The notes beneath the pieces were generated by a model. That model had not been told where the DNA came from. It searched no databases and saw only the letters and a program-made list of their open reading frames with translations. From contig OZ024740.1 in NCBI GenBank assembly GCA_964016885.1, positions 85,436,001 through 85,500,000 on the forward strand: a stretch of DNA of 64,000 nt, in the 5' to 3' direction. Below, one piece after another: positions 32,004-45,312 of this stretch (position 1 is its first letter; the number at the start of each line of letters is the position of its first letter). Both the position numbers and the translations under genes were made by a program. Source of the stretch: Eledone cirrhosa (Eukaryota).

Positions 32004-32044
32004 CATATATATATACATATACATATATATACATATATATATAC

Positions 32045-32200
<156 letters not shown>

Positions 32201-32250
32201 ATATACATATATGCATATATACATATATATATACATATGTATATATACAT

Positions 32251-32521
32251 AGCGGCGATGAATTAGTTTTGCGAGGTTTTTTATATGAAATCGTGTGTCG
32301 AAACAGATATTGTTATATTTGGGGAGGGTCATATTTGCGTAATATTGCCAGAATTAATAACAGAACACACAGTCAATGGCAACATTGAGGACCGAGTAAG
32401 TTAGATCGCAGATATATATATATAAAAGACAGCGAGAAGCGAAAACCAACCAAACAGTGAGTGTGTTCTGTTATTAATTCTGGCAATATTACGCAAATAT
32501 GACCCTCCCCAAATATAACAA
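32251..32521. mobile_element. PLE-type fold-back insertion, same family as 25684-25990
   Basis: Same GGCGATGAATTAGTTTTGCGAGG tail; the inverted arm ends at the same ...TAACAATA position. Confidence 0.75.
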
Positions 32522-32608
32522 TATATATACATATATATATACATATGTATATATACATATATATATACATATGTATATATACATATATATATACATATGT
32601 ATATATAC

Positions 32609-32655
<47 letters not shown>

Positions 32656-32666
32656 CATATATATAC

Positions 32667-32697
<31 letters not shown>

Positions 32698-32748
32698 CAT
32701 ATATACATATACATATATATATATATATACATATATACATATACATAT

Positions 32749-32827
<79 letters not shown>

Positions 32828-32876
32828 CATATATATATCTACACATATATACATATATACATATATATATATACAC

Positions 32877-32907
<31 letters not shown>

Positions 32908-33118
32908 CATATATATATACATATACATATATATATATACATATATATATACATATATACATATACATATATACATATATATATACATATACATATATAC
33001 ATATATATATACATATATATATATACATATATATATACATATACATATACATATATATATACATATATATATACATATATATATATACATATACATATAT
33101 ATATACATATATATATAC

Positions 33119-33149
<31 letters not shown>

Positions 33150-33325
33150 CATATATATATACATATACATATATATATACATATATATACATATATATAT
33201 ACATATATATATATACATATACATATATATATACATATATATATACATATACATATATATATATACATACATATACATATATATATACATATATATATAT
33301 ATACATATATATATATACATACATA

Positions 33326-33705
33326 TAATATGTTGAGAAGGTAACACACCAGAGAGAGATATATAGTGCGTTATCAATAATACAGGGAAAAAACCATTTC
33401 TTTCAACAAATTTTCTGGTGAAACATATCTTTGGATTTGTACGTGTGTTATATAGTTATAGAGGTATTTATTTATGCTTTAATTTATATTTTTAATTATC
33501 GTGTCTATAGTCTGCCTTTCATAGGTTATATATTCCATACACTGGTGGTTTTTTCCCTGTATTATTGATAACGCACTATATATCTCTCTCTGGTGTGTTA
33601 CCTTCTCAACATATTATATTTTAAAGGGCTCAGGATCTCTTCCCCTTTGAGCACATTATTTACAGGGAATAACGACGGCCTATGCCTCCGTTAATTTATC
33701 GTGAT
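33326..33705. mobile_element. Fold-back insertion in (TA)n (arms 33326-33396 / 33546-33616, ~88-nt tail)
   Basis: 71-bp inverted arms; no hammerhead recognised. Confidence 0.65.
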
Positions 33706-33867
33706 ACATACATATATATATACATACATACATATATATATATACATACATATATATATACATACATACATATATATATACATATTTACATACATATACA
33801 TATATATATACATATATATATATATACATATATATATACATATATATATATATACATATATATATAC

Positions 33868-33900
<33 letters not shown>

Positions 33901-33951
33901 CATATATATACATATAGATATATATACATATATATACATATATACATATAT

Positions 33952-33996
<45 letters not shown>

Positions 33997-34033
33997 TATA
34001 CATATATACATATATATACATATATATATATAC

Positions 34034-34064
<31 letters not shown>

Positions 34065-34074
34065 CATATATATA

Positions 34075-35018
34075 TCATCATCATCATCATCACCGTTTTA
34101 CGTCCGTTCTTCCACGCTAGCATGGGTTAGACTGGTTATCCTGTTGTGGGCAGTGTCTGGTCGGCTGACCATGCCTTGCTCATACAGGAACTGATCTGGC
34201 TTGATTTCTACAGCTGGATGCCCTTCCTAACACCAACCTCATTTACAGTGAGTGCTGGGTGCTTTTTCGTGGCGCCTACACGTACACTTTACAGTGTGGG
34301 CTGGGTGCTTTTTTGTCGTGGCACCTCCACGACCACCTTGTGGTGGGGTGTGTGGGGGCATATTGTCTATATGCTTCAGCTTGTACCCATGGGAGGTCGG
34401 GTACTCTGTATTACTGCGTGACGCCAGAAGTCACGGTCGTGTGTCATTTTCTTTGAGAGGTGTAGTTGGGTAAGGTCGGCTTTTATCACCTCATCCCAGG
34501 TCATCTTGGGTCTCCCCACTCCGCGGTTTCCATCAACTTCTAGTGCTCTGCACCTTTTTATGCAGCTGTCATCCTTCATACGCATCACATGTCCATACCA
34601 GCGCAACCGCCTCTCCTGCACACAGCATTCGATTCCTCTTATGCTCAGTCTCTCTCTCAATTCATTTATGCTTTGTCGTTCACGTATATTACTGTTACAC
34701 ATCCATCGGAGCATGCAGGCTTCGTTTCTCTCTAATCTACGTAAGTCTTCCACCTTCAGCGCCCAGGTCTCACTACCATGCAACATCGCTGTTCGGATAC
34801 ACGCATCATACAGTCTGCCTTTCATTCTGAGGGAGAAGCCTTTTGCAACTGGGCAGTGGTAGTAGTTCCCTAAACTTCTTCCATCCCGTTCTTACCCTAG
34901 TTATTGTACTTTCTGAACACCCACCTCCGTTGCTAATTCGGTCACCTAGGTAGCAGAAGCTGTCTACTGTTTCTACAGGGCCCTCCCAGAGATTGGTGGT
35001 ACTTGTTTCCTGTGGCTG
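34075..35018 (-). mobile_element. 5'-truncated RTE LINE, second subfamily
   Basis: ORF 34376-34825 is homologous to the C-terminus of the main RTE; different 3' UTR; (GAT)n tail. Confidence 0.9.
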
Positions 35019-35087
35019 TACATATATATGTATATAAATATATATACATATATATTTATATACATATATATACATATATATATATAC

Positions 35088-35124
<37 letters not shown>

Positions 35125-35178
35125 CATATATATATACATAATATATAAGAACAAAAGATGGTTAAAAGAGTTCCATGT

Positions 35179-35247
35179 ATTTTATTATGCGCATTTCAAA
35201 AACAAATATCATCATGCAATAATATTTGTGTTTTCATCAGATAAAAC
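35179..35247 (-). ncRNA. Type I hammerhead ribozyme (inverted-arm copy)
   Basis: Reverse complement of 37159-37227. Confidence 0.85.
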
Positions 35248-37158
35248 AGGAAGACATGATATGAAGGTTAAAAAACACTTGTGGATAGTGCAGTTTTAAA
35301 TCAACATATGAGAAGTAGTTTTAGATTGATGTGTGATATTGGGAAACATATTTTATTTTGAGGGGTGGGGGTGGAAAGGATGAAAAAGAGGAGGAGATGA
35401 GAGTAAAAAGTGGAGAGGGAGGAGTATAATGAGGAAGGATGAGATAGGAGGAGAGATGGGTGATAGAGAGAGAGAGATAGCTTTTATAACTGAGAAAGAT
35501 ATATTGTTTTACATAGAGAAGTTGAAAACCGTTGGAAGATAATGTATAAATTAAAAGAATAGAAAAATAATGTAAAGTTAAGGTTTGTATATTGAGGGGT
35601 TTAATAATATGTGCGATGAAAAGAAAATGTTAATATGTATTAAGAATAATATTTAAGGGTTTAATAACATGTGCGATGGAAAGAAAAATTTAATATGTAT
35701 TAAGAATGATATTTAAGGGTTTAATAATATGTGCGATGGAAAGAAAATGTTGATATGTATTATTAAAAAGAACAACAGGTAATTTAAGTAAGGATATATT
35801 GTGAGATGAGCATGAATGAGTTAGATGAAAGGGAGAAAAGAATAATGAATTGAGGATGAATAATCTAACGTCAAAAAAATGTTTGTTTACGAAGGATTTT
35901 TACAAGGTGATATAGAGTAAGAATGTATTGTATTATGTAATAATTGATTCTATGTTAGGCAACAGTGAGAAAAGGTACAGATTAGGGGTTAGACATTAAA
36001 AGAAAAAGAGAAGAAAGATATTAAATATAGCATCTTTTGGAAGAAGGTTTCTTCTGCGTCCTTATACTTGAACAGTTCTCTATCCAAAATTTGCAATCTC
36101 TGTCTAAATGAAAAATTTACCATTATATCTAATTTAGATTCTATAATAAATAGACGCACTGACTTGTTTTCTATCTGCTTGCATAAATTCCACAAAACAT
36201 TCCACAAAGTATACAGCTAATATCCAAATCTTTATCAATTTAGAATTTTTTTCTCAAAGGCACATATATATATATATACTTCTTTAAAAATATACCCATC
36301 TTTCTACCTTATTTCAAAGGTTATTATACATTCTATAATACTTGTTACTCATTCTATATCGCTCCTATTTATCACTTCCCTTTCTTCTCTTTTTATTTTA
36401 ATGTCTAACCCCTAATCTGTACCTTCTCTTACTGTTGCCTAACATAGAATCAATTATTACATAATACAATACATTCTTACTCTATATCACCTTGTAAAAA
36501 TCCTTCGTAAACATAAACATTTTTTTGACGTTAGATTATTCATCCTCAATTCAGTATTCTTTTCTCCCTTTCATCTAACTCATTCATGCTCATCTCACAA
36601 TATATCCTTACTTAAATTACCTGTTGTTCTTTTTAATAATACATATCAAGATTTTCTTTCCATCGCACATATTATTAAACCCTTAAATATCATTCTTAAT
36701 ACATATTAAATTTTTCTTTCCATCGCACATGTTATTAAACCCTGAAATATTATTCTTAATACATATTAACATTTTCTTTTCATCGCACATATTATTAAAC
36801 CCCTCAATATACAAACCTTAACTTTACATTATTTTTCTATTCGTTAATTTTCAAATTCTTTTAATTTATACATTATCTTCCAACGGTTTTCAACCTCTCT
36901 ATGTAAAACAATATATCTTTCTCAGTTATAAAAGCTATCTCTCTCTCTCTATCACCCATCTCTCCTCCTATCTCATCCTTCCTCATTATACTCCTCCCTC
37001 TCCACTTTTTACTCTCATCTCCTCCTCTTTTTCATCCCCCCCCCTCAAAATAAAATATTTTTCCCAATATCACACATCAATCTAAAACTACTTCTCATAT
37101 GTTGATTTAAAACTGCCCTATCCACAAGTGTTTTTTAACCTTCATATCATGTCTTCCT

Positions 37159-37227
37159 GTTTTATCTGATGAAAACACAAATATTATTGCATGATGATAT
37201 TTGTTTTTGAAATGCGCATAATAAAAT
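37159..37227 (+). ncRNA. Type I hammerhead ribozyme
   Basis: gttttat CTGATGA aaacacaaatatta..tgatatttgttttt GAAA tgcgca TA ataaaat. Palindromic stem III ATGCGCAT. Confidence 0.88.
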
Positions 37228-37366
37228 ACATGGAACTCTTTTAACCATCTTTTGTTCTTATATATTATGTATACTCCAATCCTACAAACTGTACAGTGCT
37301 TCTTATCCGATATCTGCATTGCTTTATTGTACTACAATAAAACTCACCTCCTACATATATATATAC

Positions 37367-37465
<99 letters not shown>

Positions 37466-37466
37466 C

Positions 37467-37533
<67 letters not shown>

Positions 37534-37563
<30 letters not shown>

Positions 37564-40198
37564 ACGTTTAACGTCCGTGTTCCACGCTTGCATGGGTTTG
37601 GACGAGGGTTTTCCCACTTGAGGCAAGACTGATTGTCTTGCTCGCATAGGACTGTCTGGCGGGTTTTCTACAGCTGGATGCCCTTCCTAACACCAACCAC
37701 ATTTACAGTGTGGGGCTGGGAGTTTTTACCGTGTTGCCTACACGGCCACATTACAGCGTGGACTGTGTGTTTTTTTGTCGTGACACCTACACGATCTCAT
37801 TTGTTTCGGCCTGGATGTTCTGGCACCAACATAACTTTACATTGAAGGGGCGGTGTGGATGGGGTGGGGGTGGTGGGACGGGGGTGTATTTCGTTAGAGA
37901 TGCCTACTGGCTGTAGTAGGTTTTACTTTGTATTTAGGTAAGGCGGATCTTCTCTATTACTGAGTACCGCCAAAGGTCTCGGTCCAGTGACATTGTCTTG
38001 GAGAGGTGTAAGTGTGTGAGGTCAGAATTTATCAGCTCGTCCCAAGTTTTTCTGGGTCTGCCTACTCCGTAGCTACCGTCTATCTTTATTGCCCTGCACT
38101 TTGTTATACAGCTGTCGTCTTTCATGCGCATCACGTGACCATACCAACGTAGCCTTCGCTCGAGTAAACAACATCTGATCCCTCTTATTTCTAATTTTTT
38201 CCTTAGTTCGCATATGCTTTGCCGTTCACGTATGTTACTATTACACATCCAGCGGAGCATGCAAGCTTCGTTCCTCTCTAGTCTGCGTATATCCTCTGCA
38301 CACAATGCCCAGGTCTCACTGCCATGCAACATTGCTGTTCGTATGCAGGCATCATACAACCTGCCTTTCATTCTTAGGGAGAACCCTTTAGCGGCTAATA
38401 GTGGTATAAGCTCTCTGAACTTTTTCCAAACAGTTCTGACTCTAGCTACTGTACTTTCACAGCACCCTCCCCCACTGCTGATTTTGTCGTCCAGGTAACG
38501 GAAGCTGTCCACTATTTCTATAGAACCCTCTGCGCAATTGAAACAGCTAGTATTTAGTGGGTGGGCACTTGCTGCTACTTATTGCACCAGAGCACCGGCC
38601 ACATGTAAAATCTATGTTCTTAGTTAGCTTACCTGTGATCCCACTACATCTTTTATGCACCCATACTTTGCATTTGGGACATAAAATAGAGTTTCTACCT
38701 ACGCCTTTCCTACACACTGAGCATGGCCATTTCCCGGAAGGGACCGGCGCCTTATTTTCTTTCCTACAAACTAGAACTTTAGTCTTAGCCAGGTTAATTT
38801 TAAGGCCTTTTGATTCTAGGCCGTGCTTCCATGTTTGGAATTTCTTCTCTAGCTCGGCTATTGATTCAGCTATGAGCGTTAGATCATCTGCGTATAGGAG
38901 TTCCCATGGGCAGCCGGTCTTGAACTCCTCTTTTATAGCCTTAAGGGCAATAATAAATAGTAGGGGGCTAAGAACAGAGCCCTGATGGACACCAACTTTT
39001 ACGCTAAACTCTTCACTATATTCGTTGTTAATTCTAACCTTGCTGACTGTTTCTTTATACATGGCTTGTATAGCTCTCACAAGCCATTCATCAACACCTA
39101 GTTTTCTAAGAGCCCACCAGATAATGGAACGGGGTACTCTGTCGCAGACTTTCTCCAAGTCAACAAAAGCTAAGTATAGGGGTTTACCTTTAGCTAGGTA
39201 CTTCTCCTGTAGTTGTCGTACAATGAAAAGAGCGTCTGTGGTACTTTTGCCTGACACAAACCCGAACTGCATTTCATCTAGATCAATTCTCTCTCTGATT
39301 AGTTTCGCTATTACTTTTTCCGTGACCTTCATGACCTGGTCGATTAATTTAATGCCTCTATAGTTACACCTATCTAGGGCATCTCCTTTACCCTTGTAAC
39401 AGTTAATGATGATGCTGCTACGCCAGTACTTCGGAACAACCCCATTCTGTATGACTTGGTTTACTATCCGGGAGACCATGGTGTGTCCCACCGTTCCAGA
39501 GGCTTTCAGCATCTCAGCAACTATTTCCGAAGGCCCAGCCGCCTTACCCGCCTTCATATATTTGATTGCTTTACTTATTATACTACCTTCGACTAACACT
39601 GCTGGTCCCTCTATTGGGTCGATGTGGGGGAGACTGTCTTTCTCCCATTTATTCTCCTCATTTAGAAGCCTTTCGTAGTGACTCTTCCAAGCTACCTTCT
39701 TATCAGCATCAGTGATGGCAAGTACGCATTCATCATTAAGTACACACTTCTCCCCGACAATATCACGGTTTTCCTTGACACATTGCCTAGCAATCCTGTA
39801 CACCTCACGTTTTTGGTCCTCGCGTTGTAGAACATGCTTGAACTTTCTTTCCTCTGCTTCCCTTCTTGCGAAGTACACTTGTCTCCTAGCTTCCCTCCTG
39901 GCCACTTGATAGTCTTCTCTACTTCCCCCATCCCGCCATACTTTCCAAGCCTGCTTTTTGGCCTTAATTGACTCCTCCACCTTACTGTTCCACCACCATG
40001 TTATTCTCCTCCTACCTACAGGCCTGCTCCAGCCACAGACTTCGTCTGATTGCTCTTCCTTACTGTCGAAAGCATCAAGTAATATGCTTTGAAATTTATT
40101 TCTGGCTGTGGGGTCCTTTAGCTTCCATATTTTTCTCCTGAGGATAGTCCTCTTCTGCTGTCTAGTACGTCTCGTCCTGACTATGAGGTCGCTAATTA
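37534..40198 (-). mobile_element. 5'-truncated RTE LINE (copy 2 of the main family)
   Basis: RT ORF in 38547-40198 plus 37934-38512, nearly identical to 26931-29250; (GAT)n tail; internal deletion near 40050. Confidence 0.92.
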
Positions 40199-40457
40199 CA
40201 TATATACATATATATATATATACATATATATACATATATATATATATACATATATATATACATATATATATATACATATATATATATACATATATATATA
40301 CATATATATATATATACATATATACATATACATATATACATATATATATATACATATATATATATATACATATATATATATACATATATATATATATACA
40401 TATATATATATACATATATATATATACATATATATATATACATATACATATATATGC

Positions 40458-42238
40458 ACATGCAAATAACGAAGCCAGAGGAGTTCTTTGATGCCACAAC
40501 ACTACATCAAGAAATGGCAACCATCAACCACATAGACATAACGGAGGAGGATGTGGTGTACGCCATTGATGAAATTAGAACAGACTCGGCTGCTGGACCT
40601 GATGGATTCCCAGCAGTTCTCTTAAAAATATGTAAGCGGGCCTTAGCAACTCCACTGAAGATGCTCTTCAGAAGCTCCTTGGCTAGCGGTGTACTACCCA
40701 GGGAGCTGAAAGAAGGCACAATATGCCCTATCCATAAAGGAGGTAGCAGAGCGGAGGCCAAAAACTATAGGCCAGTCTCCCTGACGTCGCATATCAGTAA
40801 GGTCATGGAGCGAGTCATCAGAAAGAAACTGATCACTTTCCTCGAGGAAAATGACCGCCTGACTAGCACGCAACATGGCTTCCGCCCAGGAAGAAGCTGC
40901 CTTACACAGCTGCTACATCACTACGACTGGGTATTGAGACAACTACTAGACAGCTCACACGTGGACGTGATATATCTTGACTTTGCGAAGGCCTTTGACA
41001 AGGTCGACCACGGAATGATATGTCACAAACTACACGGACTCGGCATAACTGGAAAATAGGTGAGTGGTTGCATGGCTTCCTAAGGGACAGAAGCCAGGCA
41101 GTCGCAGCAAATGGGGCCCTCTCAAAGGAAACACCAATAACAAGTGGGGTGCCCCAGGGGACAGTCCTGGGACCACTACTGGTTTTGGTGGCTCTCTCAG
41201 ACATGCCCTCTGTAGTACATACAACAACATCCCTCACTAGCTATGCTGATGACACTAAGGTAGCACAAGCAATCAAAAACCTGGCTGACGCTGCCCTTTT
41301 ACAGCAGGATCTGGATGCCATATACAAATGGGAGGAAGAAAACAATATGCAGTTTAATGCTGGCAAATTCCAAGCCCTACAATACAAACCTCCAAACAAA
41401 CCTGCAAACACAAATATAGTGGAACACAACTACACAGGACCAGGAGGGACTGATATCCCCGTGTCAAAATCGATACGAGACCTGGGCATAGACATGAGCG
41501 ATGATGCATCTTTTTCTTCACACATCATGAAAGTGGCGACAATGTGCAGACGACTCGCTGGCTGGATCTTGAGGACTTTCCGGACAAGAGATCGAGACTC
41601 CATGTTGAAACTATGGAGGACATTTGTCCTAAGCCGCCTGGACTACTGCTCCCAGTTGTGGTCACCCCATAGTGTCAAACTAACCACGGAGCTTGAGGCA
41701 ATCCAGCGAAGATACACCAAGAGGATTGCCAAGATGAGGGAGACAAGCTACTGGGAGAGGCTAAAGGAACTGAACCTCTACTCCTTGGAGCGAAGACGGG
41801 AGAGATACGCAGTGATCTACATGTGGAAAATCCTGGAGGGACTAGCACCAAACTTTGGCATTGGGAGCTGGACCAACCGTTGAACAGGACGTCACTGTGT
41901 GGTGCCAAAGGTCCCGTCTTCCACATCTAGAATAAGGAGCAGGTATTGCAATAGCCTGGGATTCAAGGGCCCTCAACTCTTCAACAGGCTGCCGAGGGAT
42001 CTGAGAGACTTGCATGACGTGGAGGTGGATGTCTTCAAGAAACATCTCGACACCTTGTTATCCAGGATCCCGGATGAGCCCACAGCAAGACACGAGGGAA
42101 ACCTAAGGGCAGCAGCAACAAACTCCCTCTTACACTAGTGGCCAACCTATACAGGCTGGAGATAAAATGTGTAGTAACAAGGGCGGTGCCCCAGCATGGC
42201 CTCAGCCGGATGGCTGAAACAGGTAAAAGGATAAGAGT
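40458..42238 (+). mobile_element. 5'-truncated CR1-group LINE (RT + 3' UTR)
   Basis: [73 protein letters not shown]; frameshift near 41055. Confidence 0.9.
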
Positions 42239-42340
42239 ATATACATATATATATACATATATATATATATACATATACATATATATATATATACATATAC
42301 ATATACATATATATATATATACACATATATATATATATAC

Positions 42341-42375
<35 letters not shown>

Positions 42376-42520
42376 CATATATATATACATATATATATAC
42401 ATATATACATATATATATACATATATATATATATACACATATATATATATATACACATATATATATATATACATATACATATATATATATATATACATAT
42501 ATATAAATATATGTATATAT

Positions 42521-42864
42521 AATGTATTTTGAAATACACTTTATGCTTAATTAAAAGCATTTTGAAGACCGTAAGCTATAGTTTTAAAGTAGTGACAAAT
42601 TCACTCACTTTGATCTCAGCAAACAGGGGAGATAAGCCGACAAGACTTGTTTCGCTTTGGTTGAAGCTTATCAAGGCCAACTACCCCACCTGTTTGCTGA
42701 GATCATTGATGTTATATTCTTATAGAAATCTAGTAAATAATCAGGAGCTGATTTCAGAGCTCCAATTCTAATTTTTAATTTCTGCCTGACCAACAACCGC
42801 TCTGCATAATCAGCTCCTGATTATTTACTAGATTTCTATAAGAATATAACATCAATGATCTCAA
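42521..42864 (-). mobile_element. PLE-type fold-back insertion with hammerhead in (TA)n
   Basis: Arms 42698-42753 / 42808-42863; hammerhead at 42635-42678. Confidence 0.7.
42635..42678 (-). ncRNA. Type I hammerhead ribozyme, U3:A8 variant with extended stem I
   Basis: ggcc TTGATAA gctt caacca aagc GAAA caagtcttg TC ggct, enclosed by the pairing TGATCTCAGCAAACAGG (42611-42627) / CCTGTTTGCTGAGATCA (42689-42705). Confidence 0.8.
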
Positions 42865-43202
42865 TGTATATATATATATGTATATATATATGTATATATA
42901 TATATGTATATATATATATGTATATATGCATATATGTATATATGCATATATGTATATATATATGTATATATGCATATATGTATATATATATATGTATATA
43001 TATATGTATATATATATATATGTATATATGCATATATGTATATATATATATATATATGTATATATGCAAAAGTTTTATTTAAGATTGTTGGGTTACAACG
43101 AGTAAATATTTTATAACTGATATAAAAGCACTCAACAGTTTCTGGAGTAGGTTTACGATATTAAACAAATGGAAACTATATTTATATTTATAAAACCATA
43201 TT

Positions 43203-43268
43203 TATTTCGTTATATATATTTCTGGGATATCATATTAAAAATATGTTATGCCTTCCTCAGACAAAATA
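43203..43268 (-). ncRNA. Type I hammerhead ribozyme (inverted pLTR)
   Basis: Reverse complement of 48801-48866. Confidence 0.75.
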
Positions 43269-45060
43269 CAATACATAAGCTGTTTTATAAATAATTAGTG
43301 ACATACCTTGTGATAATGCAACTTCCTTTTAAAAAGTTGATTTGGTAGTGAAACTGTTATGATAGTTATATAGAAAGAAAACGAAGATGAGAAGAAGAAG
43401 ATGAAGAGATGTATGCAAATAAAAAAGAAGAAGATGAAGAGATGTATGCAAAGAAAAACAACGGAGCGAGATAGAGAGACAAGGAGAGAGAGAAATACAT
43501 TGATGGTGAAAAAAAAAAACCTAGTAGGCTGCTTTTTGACAGATGATCATCGTATATGTGAGAGGTTAAGGGAAGGGATACAGTTAAATTAGTGTATAGG
43601 AGAAAAAGAAAGAAAGATGATATATTTAAAATATATTAAAAATATGTTATGTCTCATCCATTTGAATTATCAATTTTTATGAATTAGGTATTATAATGTA
43701 AATATCAGTATTCATGAATGAGACACATATCCATAATGTGTGAAAAAAATGACCACATGCTCAGTTAAAAATTCTTAGGTCTATAAGCAAAATCAGAGAT
43801 AAAACTTCAAACATAAGTATATATGCATTCTCGTGAAAAAAGAGAAAAGAGAAGGTTATCTCGAATTCAAATTGATAAATATAGACGCACATGTGAACCT
43901 ACGTGATACGCTGCACTGATTCTTATATTTCATGAAAAACTTCAATGCGTTAGAAAAGATTCCCCCCTAAAAACTTCAATGCGTTAGAAAAGATTCCACC
44001 CTACATACATTTACATACATATATACATATATATAGACACAAAACATATAAGATATACATTAACATCTAAAATAACATACCAGCCCTACTTGCATAATCA
44101 TCGATCAAGCATAGAGTAGACAAACAGATATCAATATTAAAATTAAAAACGCCAAGAATATCTTCGTCACTCCACAGAGTATCTAGGGACGCAAGAGAAC
44201 ATAGTATGCCACGCATATCGGTCATCGAATCAGAGTCAAAAGCAAACAAAACCAAAATTGTTCATCAAGCCTTATTTAGCAGAAATCATTCAAAACTTAT
44301 TCTACAAATGCTCTTATATTTATTATAGAAGTTTATCCAGCTTAGAAATTTATTCAAAAGATTGGGGACAACGCCAATTATAGGGTAGTTTATTTAATCT
44401 CTAATATAATTTATAATAGTTTATTTAATCTTTAATATAAGAATCAGTGCAGCGTATCACGTAGGTTCACATGTGCGTCTATATTTATCAACTAGAATTC
44501 GAGATAACCTTCTCTTTTCTCTTTTTTCACGAGAATGCATATATACTTATGTTTGAAGTTTTATCTCTGCTTTTGCTTATAGACCTAAGAATTTTTAACT
44601 GAGCATGTGGTCATTTTTTTCACACATTATGGATATGTGTCTCATTCATGAATACTGATATTTACATTATAATACCTAATTCATAAAAATTGATAATTCA
44701 AATGGATGAGACATAACATATTTTTAATATATTTTAAATATATCATCTTTCTTTCTTTTTCTCCTATACACTAATTTAACTGTATCCCTTCCCTTAACCT
44801 CTCACATATACGATGATCATCTGTCAAAAAGCAGCCTACTATGTTTTTTTTTTCACCATCAATGTATTTCTCTCTCTCCTTGTCTCTCTATCTCGCTCCG
44901 TTGTTTTTCTTTGCATACATCTCTTCATCTTCTTCTTCTCATCTTCGTTTTCTTTCTATATAACTATCATAACAGTTTCACTATCAAATCAACTTTTTAA
45001 AAGGAAGTTGCATTATCACAAGGTATGTCACTAATTATTTATAAAACAGCTTATGTATTG

Positions 45061-45126
45061 TATTTTGTCTGAGGAAGGCATAACATATTTTTAATATGAT
45101 ATCCCAGAAATTTATATAACGAAATA
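45061..45126 (+). ncRNA. Type I hammerhead ribozyme (5' direct pLTR)
   Basis: tattttgt CTGAGGA aggcataacatatt ttt aatatgatatccca GAAA tttata TA acgaaata. Confidence 0.72.
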
Positions 45127-45312
45127 AATATGGTTTTATAAATATAAATATAGTTTCCATTTGTTTAATATCGTAAACCTACTCCAGAAACTGTTGAGTG
45201 CTTTTATATCAGTTATAAAATATTTACTCGTTGTAACCCAACAATCTTAAATAAAACTTTTGCATATATTTTGCTCCAATACCGTTGAGCGCTTTATATT
45301 ATAACTGAAAAA

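Larger units (their letters stand above)
35133..37353 (+). mobile_element. 5'-truncated PLE (Hydra-like GIY-YIG C-terminus) with an ~880-bp inverted pLTR and ~80-nt tail
   Basis: Arms 35133-36017 / 36380-37272. The spacer 36017-36220 translates DIKYSIFWKKV..KICNLCLNEKFTII..INRRTDLFSICLH..*, homologous to the end of the 47060-47539 endonuclease. Hammerhead in each arm. Confidence 0.85.
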
